Source: Batkoa obscura
Lineage: Eukaryota
Direction: 5' to 3'
DNA: 64,000 nucleotides
Assembly: GCA_030770535.1 (NCBI GenBank)
Contig: JASVEC010000023.1
Coordinates: 744,001-808,000 of the forward strand
Under the pieces are notes generated by a model that saw only the letters and a list, made by a program, of their open reading frames with translations, had not been told where the DNA came from and ran no database searches. This document shows positions 52,684 through 64,000 of the stretch, one piece after another. Numbering within the stretch: the first letter of the stretch is position 1; each line of letters begins with the position of its first letter. The position numbers and the translations under genes were made by a program.

Positions 52684-54507
52684 ATGAGACTTAAACTCAA
52701 TATTATCAATAAAAGTAAAGAACAAGAACCAATTGATTATAAAAAAATATTATACGTAGTACCTAAAGATCAATCTGAACATAAGATAAAGGATCTAATA
52801 CAACAGGTAGTGAAAAAATATAACTTATCGAAAAAATTACCCAAATGGAAAGTATTATTTCAAGATTATGAGTTAGATAACGAGTTTATTGTAAATCAAT
52901 GTTGTAATGATTTGGATGTTATAACGTAAGTTTTTTTAATTTAATTTTCAAGGAGTTAGGGTTTTAATAGAGTGATTATTTACTAGATTAAAGTATTGTA
53001 AAGTTGGTAACGAAAATAATGTTAAAGAAGAAAAAGAAGGGATTGTTAAAGCCAAGTAAGTGATAAGAAAAAGTGGTAATTGATTATTTAATTAACATGT
53101 AAATTTTAGAAATACAAGTAAAAGAGGGCTAATCGAAGAAGAGAAACAAACTGATAAGAAGAAAAAAGGTAAAGATTTAATTATATAAAAGAAAATTTAA
53201 ATTTATATAATTTCAAATATTAGTAAATAAAAAAGAGAATATCAAAAATATTGAAGAGGCTAATAAAAAGAGCGAAGGAGTCACCATTAAAGATACTCCA
53301 ACAACTACCGAAAATGACACCAGAAAGTTAACAGCTACCCAAAAGAGAAACTTAAGAAGAAAAAAACAATTATTATATGCAGTTAAAAATGAATTAATGG
53401 AAGAAAATAAAGATGATAATTCAATTCAGGTCATAGATGAGATTCTAAACTTAAATAATAGCCTTCACAAACAAGAAAAATTGAAACAAAATAGTGATAG
53501 GGATAATAAAACTAATTTTGTTACAAGTAAAAAAGATGTCAAGGCTAATGAAAATGGTAAACATAATACTATAAATCTAAAATCCTTCTCCTAATAGTAT
53601 TAGGTACTGAAATAAATAGTGATAATTTAAATGATGTTAGTATCAATTCGAAAGCTTTTTTTCATACTTTAAAAAATAAAGGGGATAACAAAAATAAGGA
53701 GAATGATAATATTAAAAAGATAATCAATTATAGAGTAACAAGAAAAGATGTTGAGGCTAATGAAAGTGGTAAGCAATTGTTTTAAAATTTATTTTTTGTT
53801 TATTAAGTTTATTAGGTATAGAAGTAAATAATGATAATTTAAATGACATCAGTATCAACTCCGAAGCTTTTTTTCATACTTTAAAAAAGAAAGGAGATAA
53901 TAAAGACTATAACGAAAGTATACTAGACCAAAGCTTTATTAGTGAAAATTATCAAAAACATGAAGAAAATCAGTTAAAGAAAGTAACCAAAATAAAGAAC
54001 CAAAAGAAGCATATTAGAACTGAAGAGGATTACCAAAAAATGCAAATGCTCGATGTAAATATTATTTTACCAGATAGTAATCAAAAGATGGCTTTTAAAG
54101 TAAAGGATTTTATAATTTATAATTATAAACAGACTAATAATTTATATTTTGTTTTAGATTTATGAATTAACTAAAGATTATGGGATTGGTATATCAGATT
54201 TTAAAGTAAATTAAGAAACTGTGAAATTATCTGTTAAATTTATGTATTTATATTATTTTAGGAAGCCGTTATCACCAACTACAATTCAAACACCGAAGAA
54301 ATAAGCTATAAATTAATTAATCAACAAGAAGAAATTAATGAAGTAGATGAAGAAGGAAATCCAATTTTGGGTAAGTTTGAATTAAAAGAAAACCCAATGA
54401 TTCAAAATGAAAATGGAGCTACAGTAGAATATATTACGGAATCAGAGAAAGACACAATAACTACAGTGCCCTTTTCGAGTTTAATTGATGTCAGATTGTT
54501 GGAATAA
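52684..54507 (+). CDS. Coilin-like protein (N-terminal Ubl-like domain, C-terminal Tudor-like domain), multi-exon
   Basis: MRLKL..KIKDLIQQV..QDYEL..NDLDVI; C-terminus MAFKIYELTKDY..ISDFKEAVI..GKFEL..FSSLIDVRLLE*. Confidence 0.75.
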
Positions 54508-54948
54508 AAAATAGATTTGGTTTTTAACTCAAATATCACTGTGTATTTTTGAAATTTATTTTTAAACTATTGAACAATACTCTAGAGCTTCAATCTAACA
54601 TAGATTAGTTTTATTATTGTTATTGTAATTTAACATTGCCTTTCAATTTTTTTAAAGCTAGTGACAAGTTTTTATTTGGTGAATTAAATCAAATAATATG
54701 TAAGGAAACTAAACCAAAGGATAGCAAAATTACGATTTTATTTAACTAAAAGAGCTTCGTCCATTACACTCTAAGGTATTTCAAAGCTCAAAAACTCTTT
54801 GAGGTTAAGACATACTCTTCGATCCAAATTGGGAAACCTAGTATTAGGAATGGATAAGGGGTGAGTTTTAGTTGACATAAAGAGATAGAGGGAAAGTTCG
54901 GATGGGTTTTTCACGTGTTTGTAGTATTATTTGAACTTAGACAATATT

Positions 54949-55044
54949 GGGGATGTATTTTTGTATTCAAGAATTTTACTAACAATTTTTCCGCTCAAAT
55001 AGCACCTAAAAGATAGAAAAAATGAAGTCAAAAAAAACATCCCC
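54949..55044. mobile_element. Family-A MITE
   Basis: ggggatgt...acatcccc with the family core. Confidence 0.9.
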
Positions 55045-55384
55045 ATTAGATATATTTAGTCAGTCGAGTCAAAAAGCCTAAAAAAGCTCTATGTCAGGCA
55101 CTATTTAATAATAGATATTGCTGAGAAAGGACATAGGTATAAAAGGATTATATTTTTATATATTAGGTAAATTAGTGAAGAAGAGATATAATGCGGTAGT
55201 TTTAATTCAAATATTTAACAGTTTTAGCTAATAAGGTTTAAAATAACAATGACAATAACTAAGCACAGTAAATTCCCATTAATATAAAAAAGCTACTCTG
55301 TATTACACATCACTAATTTTAAATAGGCTAAAAATACAGAAATAAGATACAAGCAAAGAATCAAAATCATAATGAGTCAAAACT

Positions 55385-56758
55385 CTGATTTAATTTCATC
55401 TAATTTAATTGAGCGTTTTTTATAGTCCATCATAATAATCTATAGTATGAATCTAGTCAATAGGCGCAACTAACAATAAAGGGCTAGTAAACATATAAGT
55501 AACTTTTCATATCTTATTTTCAAATATATCAAGGTGTTTTGCCTTGATTGTTTCAAGTTTTGGAAATAAAGATAACAATTTCTCAAAGGACAAAAACTAT
55601 ACATGTTAGTTTGTTTGACAGAGCTGCATTTGACTAACTCGCACTTTTCTTCGTAACTACCCTCCTTAATATAAAATAAGTCATCGACTATTTTTATAAT
55701 ATTATCATCTATAAAAAAACAACCTGAGCACTTGATATAAAAGAAATTACCATCAATGATTCTGTTGAAAATTGATCGAAGTGGGTTTCTTTCAATCCTT
55801 ACAATTTTGCAAATCAAAAGAGGTGAGATGTTTTGTATGAAAATGCCCTAAAGAAGTACTGTTGGTATATTTTAATGATTTTATGATATTTTATACACTT
55901 TTGCTTTCAAAAATAGTATAATCAAGATACAATGATCCAATACTTTTTAATTGTTTAAAGTCGCTTAAACAATTAAACTGGAATTCAATATCCCCCTTGA
56001 TTTTTATCTCTAGGCTAGAATCAAAGTTTATGTTAGGATCAACTTCACTATTAGTAAAAATAAACGAGTCCAACTTTAAGTTTAATGCCTTTAAGTGTAA
56101 CACCTTCAAGTTACCAAACTCTGTTTTAATGACATCCAACCCACTAAGATTTAGATGATGTTTAACATAAAATGTAAGAGACCTTATCTTGTTTAAGTTT
56201 AGACAAATCATCTTATCTTTAATGGTTAAAACAAAATTAATAATTTCAAGTGCTTCAAGTTGATTCAAATATCCATCAAATAGCCCAAGTGTTAGTGTGT
56301 CTTGTAAAGAACGCACTATTAATTTTTTCTAGCTTAGGTAATTTAATGCTTATTTCGAATTTACTATTTCTATCACTATTGATATTAAGACTGTTGTTAT
56401 TATTGTTATTGTCATCACTGTCATCAATATTTCTATCATCGTAATCACAACGATATAAACTTATATAGTTTATGAATCTCGTGTCTGAGCAATATTCTAG
56501 ATATTCAATGACATTGTCATTTATGTTAATACGCTTCGTTGACGATCCACTATTTACAATAAACTCTTTTCGATAATTGTATAATTTGTGTCATTTTTGA
56601 AGCTGTCTAAACTGGAGAAATTAAACTAAATCCAATAACACTTTTCGTAACCCTTAACATTTATTCAACAAACCCAAATTAAACAACTCCACTGGATGTA
56701 GTAATTCGAATATATTTTATAGTAAGTCATCTGGTAATCGATTAAGCTTTAATCCCAT
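55385..56758 (-). pseudogene. F-box/LRR-like paralog 3 (premature stops, frameshifts)
   Basis: MGLKLNRLPDDLL*NIFELLHPVELFNL, LSGLDVIKTEFGNLKVLHLK and LVKCSSVK blocks match 36162-37580. Confidence 0.8.
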
Positions 56759-56812
56759 TGTAAATAAAAATCAGCAAAAGGAATGAAACAATTAATTCAC
56801 TTTCCTTATAGC

Positions 56813-59800
56813 TTTTGATTTTTAATTGTAAATTTACAACTCATTATTATTGGTTGAATGAATCAAAGTATCTGTCAAAAATGAGTTCAAATAACATGCA
56901 GAATGGTAATTGATACTTTGAAAACTATCAATGTTATTGTAAGTTTATTCGAATTTAGGATACTTAACTTTAATAGCAAGGTTATTAATAATTAAACTCA
57001 AAACTCAAGTAACACAATTGAAAATTAAAAATAATCTGATAAAATTTTATTTACCTTTCAAATTATTAAAATTAAAGTTTTTCATATCATAAGCAATGTT
57101 AATAAAGTAACTACTAATTAATTATGTAAAAGTGCAATTGCTTCTTCCCCTTTATCATCCAAGATTATGTAGTATGATAGTCATCATAAGTAAATGAATG
57201 TTTTATGGTGTTTAGCTTCTATTTGAGATATCTAAGGTTAGCATTTATAATATAAATTTAGCTTTCAAAAATGATTTTGTCATTACTGTTGTTTGAGATA
57301 ATACTATAATACTATAATACTATAATACTACTAACATTTGAATCAAAAGTATGAGATTACTGAAGCTAATAATAAACAAAACCGATTGTTATTTAGATGA
57401 TCCGGTAATAAATAATATTGAAATCAATTGTATCAAATTACTTCCTTGGCTCAGATTTTTTAGAGCTGTTTGAATTGGTCTTTGACCGTGCTAATAATCG
57501 TTGAGGTTGTCTATTGACATTCGTTTGACGATTAAATGTAGTTGAGCGAATTGGACCTCCAGTAGCTCCAGTAGCTCCAGTAGCTCGAACTGGTTGAATT
57601 GGTTGAACTAGCTTTGATCCATTTTTAAAATTTGAATCTTTACGAATAATACTCTTTTTTTCACTCAATTTTTCTCCACCTGATTGAACAGTAGTAACAC
57701 TTGATTCGGATTTTTCTTCTTTAACTTGAGGAATTTCATTGATATCAGTTACTACATAATCCTGAGGATTAATTAAAGGCCACTCTTTTGGATATTCTTC
57801 AGTATTAATGTTGAATTGATCTGGATTACTAGTTTCGATCTAAAATAATAAAAATGATTTAAAAAACCGTTATCAAATACTATAATTTAAAATTACCATA
57901 AACTGCTCATTCACAAAAGCAGTTGTAAGATTGAGATTCGTGTTATTAAGCTCACTGAGTTTTATGATTTCTGGAAGTACAGATTCATCGACATGTGTCT
58001 TGGCAAGTCCAACTAGGTTGTCTTTACTCTTGTTTACTGAGTCATTGAGATGTGACATTGAAGTAACATGATTAGATTGTAGATTTTTTAAAGTTGAAGT
58101 CATTATTTCTAAATGTTTTTCTAATGTCTTATTTCCATTATCAATATGGGAATGACAAGTGTTTATTTCATCATTGTATTGATTTTTGTTGCTGGTTGTT
58201 ACTTGTTTCATTTCTTCATGAGATTTGTTAATGATATTTTTGTTGTTATTAGTCAAATTAGTAATGTTATTTGAGTATTCTAATGAGACTATGCGATATT
58301 TATCAAGAGTCATGGAAGTATCTTCTAAAAATAAACCCTGCTTTTTGTTCTCTTTTTGATAATTATTATTGGAGTTTTCTAATGATTGAGTAAACTTTGT
58401 ATAAACATTTTCCTCATATGCCTCTCTTGAGTGTAACATACTTAAATGCTTATCCATAGCATTAGAAAGATTACTATGATGATAGGAAGAGTATTCTTTG
58501 AGAGCATTTTCCATAGTAGAAATTACTTTGGCTCTTTGTAAAGCTTCCGACTCTTTAACATCTTTCAATAGCTTCTCAGACCATTCATATTGAGCTCTTA
58601 ATTTTTGTACTTCGATTTCACGTTCCTTTTTCAATTCCTCCATTTGATTATCATACTCCTCGGTTTTTTTTTGAAATGATAAACTATATTCCTGCTTCAT
58701 ATCATTAACTTTAACATTAAATTCATTTCCTAAAGCTTCGATTTGATGACTAAAGTCACTATTATTTTGATCAATTGTAATTGAAAATTGATCTAAAGTA
58801 TCACAAGTAAATAAAGTCTGTTTTTCAATTAGACCGGTAAGTTCATGGAAACAAGTTGCAAGGCTTCGAACTGATGATTTGATAAACCCAAGATTATCTT
58901 CAAGTTTATCTTTATTAGTCGATGTTAAAGCATTGAGTTGCTCAAAACAATTCTTAATATTACTAGTAATATCTGTTGATTTTATTGTAAGTGAGTTCAT
59001 TAATGCCTCTGATACACTATTAATTCCATTTTTAAATTCAAGGTTAGATTTAGATAATTGTTGTAACCTTGAATTTGATTCCTCAAATTTAAAAGAAGTG
59101 TTAGATAATAACTCATTGGCAAATTTCATATTAGTTTCAGCAGCCCTATACTTATCGCTAACAACTTTAAATAAATCTTCCAATTGTTTACTTTTCATAA
59201 TAGTAGTATCTAGTAAATCTCTAGCTACTTTATCTAATTGGGCTTCACTCGATAGATAAGCATCATTTTGTCTCTTTAAAGTTTCAATCTTCAATAAAGC
59301 TTCTTCAAGTTTCTTATTGCTGGTTTCTAAATGAATCTTGGTTGTTTCAAGTTCATTGGTTTTCTCATTAAGTTCATTATCCTTCAAAATCAACTCTTTT
59401 TTATTCTCTTCAAACTTGTTACTAAGATCTGAATTTATTTGTTGTAATTCATTAATTTCCGAGTTCAATCTCTTAGTTTCAAATTCCAATTCTTTAGATC
59501 CATTGGTTAATTTTTCATAAACATCATTAGCTAAATATGCCCCATCTTTATCGCGTTGTGCCTTTAAGCTAGCTGCCATTTTTTGATATTCTGTTTTATA
59601 TTCTAAATAAAGAGCAGCTTCTCCAAGAGAAATGTTAGCTCTAGGTCTGTTTTTGATAGACATTGCTTGTGAAGCATATTTAATTGTATTGATACTTTCT
59701 TTTAAATCGTTCTCAAGTAAAGAAACAGTTGCTATCATGCGTGTTTTTGTGCCACCACCTAATGAATCTTCAAGGATACGTGTTAATTTGGAATTTCTAA

Positions 59801-60862
59801 ATGTTAAGCCTCCAGTTGAATTAGGGTTCAATTTAGAAGAACTTCTATCAGAAAGATCTTTTATAATTTGACCTAAAGTAAGTAAAGAACGATTGATTTT
59901 ACCAGCTTCAGCTGCTTGAGCTTTTTCAGCACCTGACCTTGAAATATCTTCGGATCCAGCAAGATCTACAAGATGTAATTTGCCTGTCGTGAAATACTTT
60001 TCATCGCCATTTTTTGAATTGATTTTAATTTTAAGAGTATATATACAATGAGAACGACTTGAGCTCTTATTAAGCTTTGTTGAGGCAGTATGACGCATAG
60101 CTGCTCCTTTTTCTAATAAAGCAACACCTTCAGATGGGTTAGTAATTACTGTTTCTGCTAATCCTTTAATAACAAGATCCTTTTCAAGTCCTTTAATAAG
60201 AATAAGTTTAGATAATTCAGTACCTGGTTCGTTTGCACCAAGAAGGTCATAAACCTCCTCATTATAAATTTCAATCATAGAAACCTTTATCAATGACATG
60301 TTTTCTTTGTCTGATTCAAGTTTCTCAAATATTTCATATAAAGTTCTTGGTATAATACCTGAATTACCTGAGGGCATAAACTGTACTTCGTCTAATTTTC
60401 CTTCCATGGTATGAGTCTTTCCTGTACCAGTTTGTCCATAAGCAAAAAGGGTACAACTATATCCTGATAATACTTCATCGATCATTGGTGAAACTATTTC
60501 ATCATAAACTGCTTTTTGTGAGGCTGCAGGACCAAATACTCGATTAAAAGAATAAGGTCTAGTCACATAACGCTCAGAAGTTCCTTCTTTATAACTAACT
60601 TCATTATTTTCTTCAGAAGCTTCAATGCCTATTTTTTTACCAACTAAAACGCTTTCTGGACCACGACAACGAATGTAAACTTGGATAGGACAATCAATTG
60701 GTGTATCTTTTTCTGGTTCATTTTTACGTTTTTTAAGGGCAGGTGGAGGTATACTTGAATCTAAGGACTTAACTTTATTTTCTAATTTTCTATTAAAACT
60801 ATTGGTTTGTGGAATGGACATTTTGAGACAAAGTTTATAAATAATTAATCTTTAAAAGATTC
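56813..60862 (-). repeat. Right arm of the 4,050-bp inverted repeat
   Basis: Reverse complement of 29723-33772. Confidence 0.95.
57438..60821 (-). CDS. Kinesin-5, second copy with identical protein (intron 57840-57896)
   Basis: ORF-track translations are identical to those of 29764-33147. Confidence 0.92.
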
Positions 60863-61251
60863 AAACATAGAACAAAATCTTATTGAAAATGTAAAAAATA
60901 ATTGTTTGCCTATCTCTTTAATTGGCCAAAAGTTAAATTGGGCTACAAATCATTGAGGTTGTAAATTTATGGGAACAAAACTTAATTCTATAATTTACCC
61001 AATGCTACTCTAATTTTTCTTTGTTTTCTAATTGGTTACGTATCCCTTCCGAAATCTATCCCTTGCTTAAATATGCTATGCTTTATTAAAAAAACATAAT
61101 CATACCAATAAATGCATCCATTATTATGTCTTTGTTTAATTCACAGGAAAAATTGGTGATATATCTAAAGAAGAAATTAAAGGATCTATATATTCATACT
61201 AATTTTGTAGATTCTCATGGTTATAATAGTTTAGATGACTATGTGAGATTT

Positions 61252-61345
61252 GGAGATGTTTTTTTTTGATTTCATCACTTTTTTATTTTTTAAGCATTAT
61301 TCGAGTGGAAGATTGTTAGTAAAGTTAAATAAAAAAATAAATCCC
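61252..61345. mobile_element. Family-A MITE (degenerate)
   Basis: Family core and TIR remnants. Confidence 0.75.
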
Positions 61346-61624
61346 GGCTTGTTGATAATGCTAATTAGTATATATACAACGATGACCAATTAATTGATGA
61401 TGCTAATAAATACTTATATGCAAATTGTAATTGTACCATATTTGAAGTTAATAAAGAGCTATTTGATTGAGATAAACTAGATGTAATGTATGCGAAGAAT
61501 ACAGATTTTAACCTAAATAGAAAGACACTTGGGATACTACTGGGCCAATAAATACTTTATAAAATTAATTAGAATTTCGATAATTTAAAAAGAGATGATT
61601 AAACAAAGCAATATAATAGTATAA

Positions 61625-61720
61625 GGGGATGTTTTTCTGGTTTCACTACTTTTTCCATTTTTAAGCGCTATTTGGCCAGAAAGGCTATTAATAAAATTCC
61701 TAAACAAAAAATATATCCCC
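61625..61720. mobile_element. Family-A MITE
   Basis: TIRs with an ATAA/ATAA TSD. Confidence 0.9.
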
Positions 61721-62199
61721 ATAAGTCCAATACTTTTTTAGTTTCTGTATTACATAATCAGTTTTTTATTGTATTTGATAATCCCCGAAATAATATTCTC
61801 AAAAGTTGAAAAGATAGTTACATAACTTTATGATAAAAGACTTCTTAAAAGTAATATGATTTTTTTATTAAAAAAAGTAGCTTAATTAAAACCAGTAAAA
61901 ACACTGTTAACTTTATTTGAAAATATAGACTTAAAATTAGTGTCAAGGACCTTGTCTATCTTTCAGCTTAAATTAAATTTCAGATCATAAATACATAAAT
62001 AAACCAATGCTAGATTTCATTTTATATAGTTAAAAATAAAAATAAAGATGTAATAACAATCGATAAGCCTTGAGTTGAACTTAATGACTATAATAGCTTT
62101 GTTAATAATATTATATAAAGAATAATGATAAAGTACTGAAAAATTAATAATAAGTATTTTGAAAGAAAAAAAATCCCACTAATTAAAATTCCTTTTAAT

Positions 62200-62293
62200 G
62201 GGGATGTATTTTTTTACTCAACAATTTTACTAATCTTTGCGCTCAAATAAGTCTTAAAAATAGAAAAAGTAACGAAGCCAAAAAAATATCCCC
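62200..62293. mobile_element. Family-A MITE
   Basis: TIRs and family core. Confidence 0.85.
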
Positions 62294-62537
62294 ATATATT
62301 AAGGCTATTTGTTAAAAAATATTTACCTATTTTATATCCTAACAAATTGTTTAAAGTCTTTATCTATTATAATAACACGCTATTTATCATACTTGTAAAA
62401 AGGTATAAAAAAGTGTAAAAATATACTTTAGATATTAAAAGAAAATATAACATTCCTATATTTCTAAAGGTGGGGGTAGGTATCCTTATAAAATCCCAAG
62501 ATTTAGTACTTGTTTTTTTTGCTTTTAATTTTATAGG

Positions 62538-63000
62538 TGTGAAATCTGATACTCAGTGTTTAGAGTCAAGAATAGCTATTGCTGGGTTGACTACACTATA
62601 AGTCGAAAGGTCTTAGTTTATGTGACTAAGATAGACTTGGATTATGAGGAATAGCACATAATAGGTTACAAGCTATATAAGACAAATAAAATAGACAATA
62701 CTAATGTAAATCTATGTAAAATACTATTAAGAAAACTTAGTGGCTTTGTTAAATGTTTGAGATATTAGGGAATAATTCAGTTAAAAAGCCTCGAACTATT
62801 ATACTCTGTAAACTCTTTTATACTCTGAAAAGTATAAATATCAAAATGAGAAGATAGTATTCTTTGAGATGGAGCTAGAAGTTCTCATAGCAAATCAAAA
62901 TAAGAACGTGGGATTGATTGTCTCTGAACTCAAGAACACAACAGCTTAGGCGATTGTTATGCTATAATTAACCATGGGACTGACAAAGCGATGTTTCACA
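62538..63000 (+). mobile_element. 463-bp solo-LTR-like element, copy 2
   Basis: TGTGAAA...TTTCACA ends with a TAGG/TAGG 4-bp TSD. Same length as copy 1. Confidence 0.85.
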
Positions 63001-63001
63001 T

Positions 63002-63100
63002 AGGGATGTATTTTTTTATTTGTGAACTTTACTAGCAATCTTTTCCACTCAAATAATGCTTGAAAAATTGAAAAAGTGATAAAACCAAAAAAACACCCAC
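63002..63100. mobile_element. Family-A MITE whose left end was hit by the LTR-like element
   Basis: agggatgt...acacccac; its first bases are part of the TAGG TSD. Confidence 0.8.
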
Positions 63101-63340
63101 ATATACTTACTCTTTTGTTTGCAATATTATTTAGTTTTAAACTTCAAAGACATTAATTTATACAATATGATAATAACAAAATAAAACAAACATTACAATG
63201 ATAAATTTTAATTATTAAAATAACTTTGTATTATATATATATTTTTCAAATAAGCAAATTGTATAAGCTATAAACAGGTGATTTAAAAATACCTTCAAAG
63301 TAACAATACCACTTTAAAAGACTGTAGGAAAAACATAAGT

Positions 63341-63589
63341 AAAGGTATTTGTTTTTTTGACTTGATTGCTTTTTCCATTTTTTAAGCATTATTTAAGTGG
63401 AAAATTTGTTAGTAAAATCTTTAAACACACAAATACATCCCCATATAGTAAAATTTTTCAAGATAGATCAATAAAAGGCCTGAATATTATATGGGGATGT
63501 ATTTGTGTGTTTAAAGATTTTACTAACAAATTTTCCACTTAAATAACGCTTAAAAAGTGAAAAAATAATGAAGTTAAAAAAAACAATCC
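63341..63589. mobile_element. Inverted pair of family-A MITEs (63341-63442, 63493-63589)
   Basis: Opposite orientation. The inner 59 bp are perfectly complementary. Confidence 0.9.
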
Positions 63590-64000
63590 ATGTTGTCTTT
63601 TGAAATTAGTAATCTCACTGTAATGAGTTCATATTTAAATATAATTTATAATGTCAAACCTAACTTCCAATGAAAAATTTATTTAATTGTTATATGAGAT
63701 TTAAAAACTATTGTGTTTAATATCATTAATCAATAAATGTTTTTGTTTTATTTAATATTTGAATATGATATTAAAAACAAACAGTCAATTAAAGTACTAA
63801 GTAAAAATACTAGGCAATCAATAAAAAGTATAGGTATTTTGCTAAAAATAAAACTCAAAATACTCCCACTCTGAACTTTATTTAACTACTTTATTAAATA
63901 AGAATTTATTTAACCATAACGCACTTTAGTAACAATATTTTCATGGTCAATATGGACATTAAGTCTATCTTCAACAAAGTCCATAGTGCTCATACTATCT

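Noticed and set aside
61090..61550. Coding-like relic around the MITE at 61252
   Set aside because: Multiple stops and no identifiable homology.
1..64000. tRNA, rRNA or snRNA genes, and an autonomous transposase or recombinase
   Set aside because: None recognisable by eye. A covariance-model and HMM scan would be needed to exclude them.

Overview
Very AT-rich eukaryotic DNA with short GT-AG introns. The gene content points to a fungus, probably an early-diverging lineage (inference). Two gene-dense blocks (about 20.5-28.6 kb and 39-50 kb) alternate with repeat-rich gaps. Genes: two Con7-like C2H2 factors, carnitine and SAM mitochondrial carriers, a TBC RabGAP, an NhaC-type antiporter, an Efm3-like methyltransferase, a Brf2-like TFIIB-related factor, a Nop6-like RRM protein, PTR2, a hotdog thioesterase-like protein ending in SKL, tyrosine aminotransferase, a PPT1-like thioesterase, DUF726, DUF952, coilin and three damaged F-box paralogs. 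The main structure is a 4,050-bp near-perfect inverted repeat (29723-33772 / 56813-60862). Each arm carries a whole kinesin-5 gene, the arms enclose 23 kb, and they sit inside older, diverged homology, which suggests gene conversion or flip-flop inversion. Over 30 copies or fragments of one ~98-bp MITE (GGGGATGT...ACATCCCC, 4-bp AT-rich TSD, Sola-like) occur singly, nested, in tandem and inside genes. There are also two 463-bp solo-LTR-like elements with 4-bp TSDs and several other TIR elements. All alignments were done by eye.
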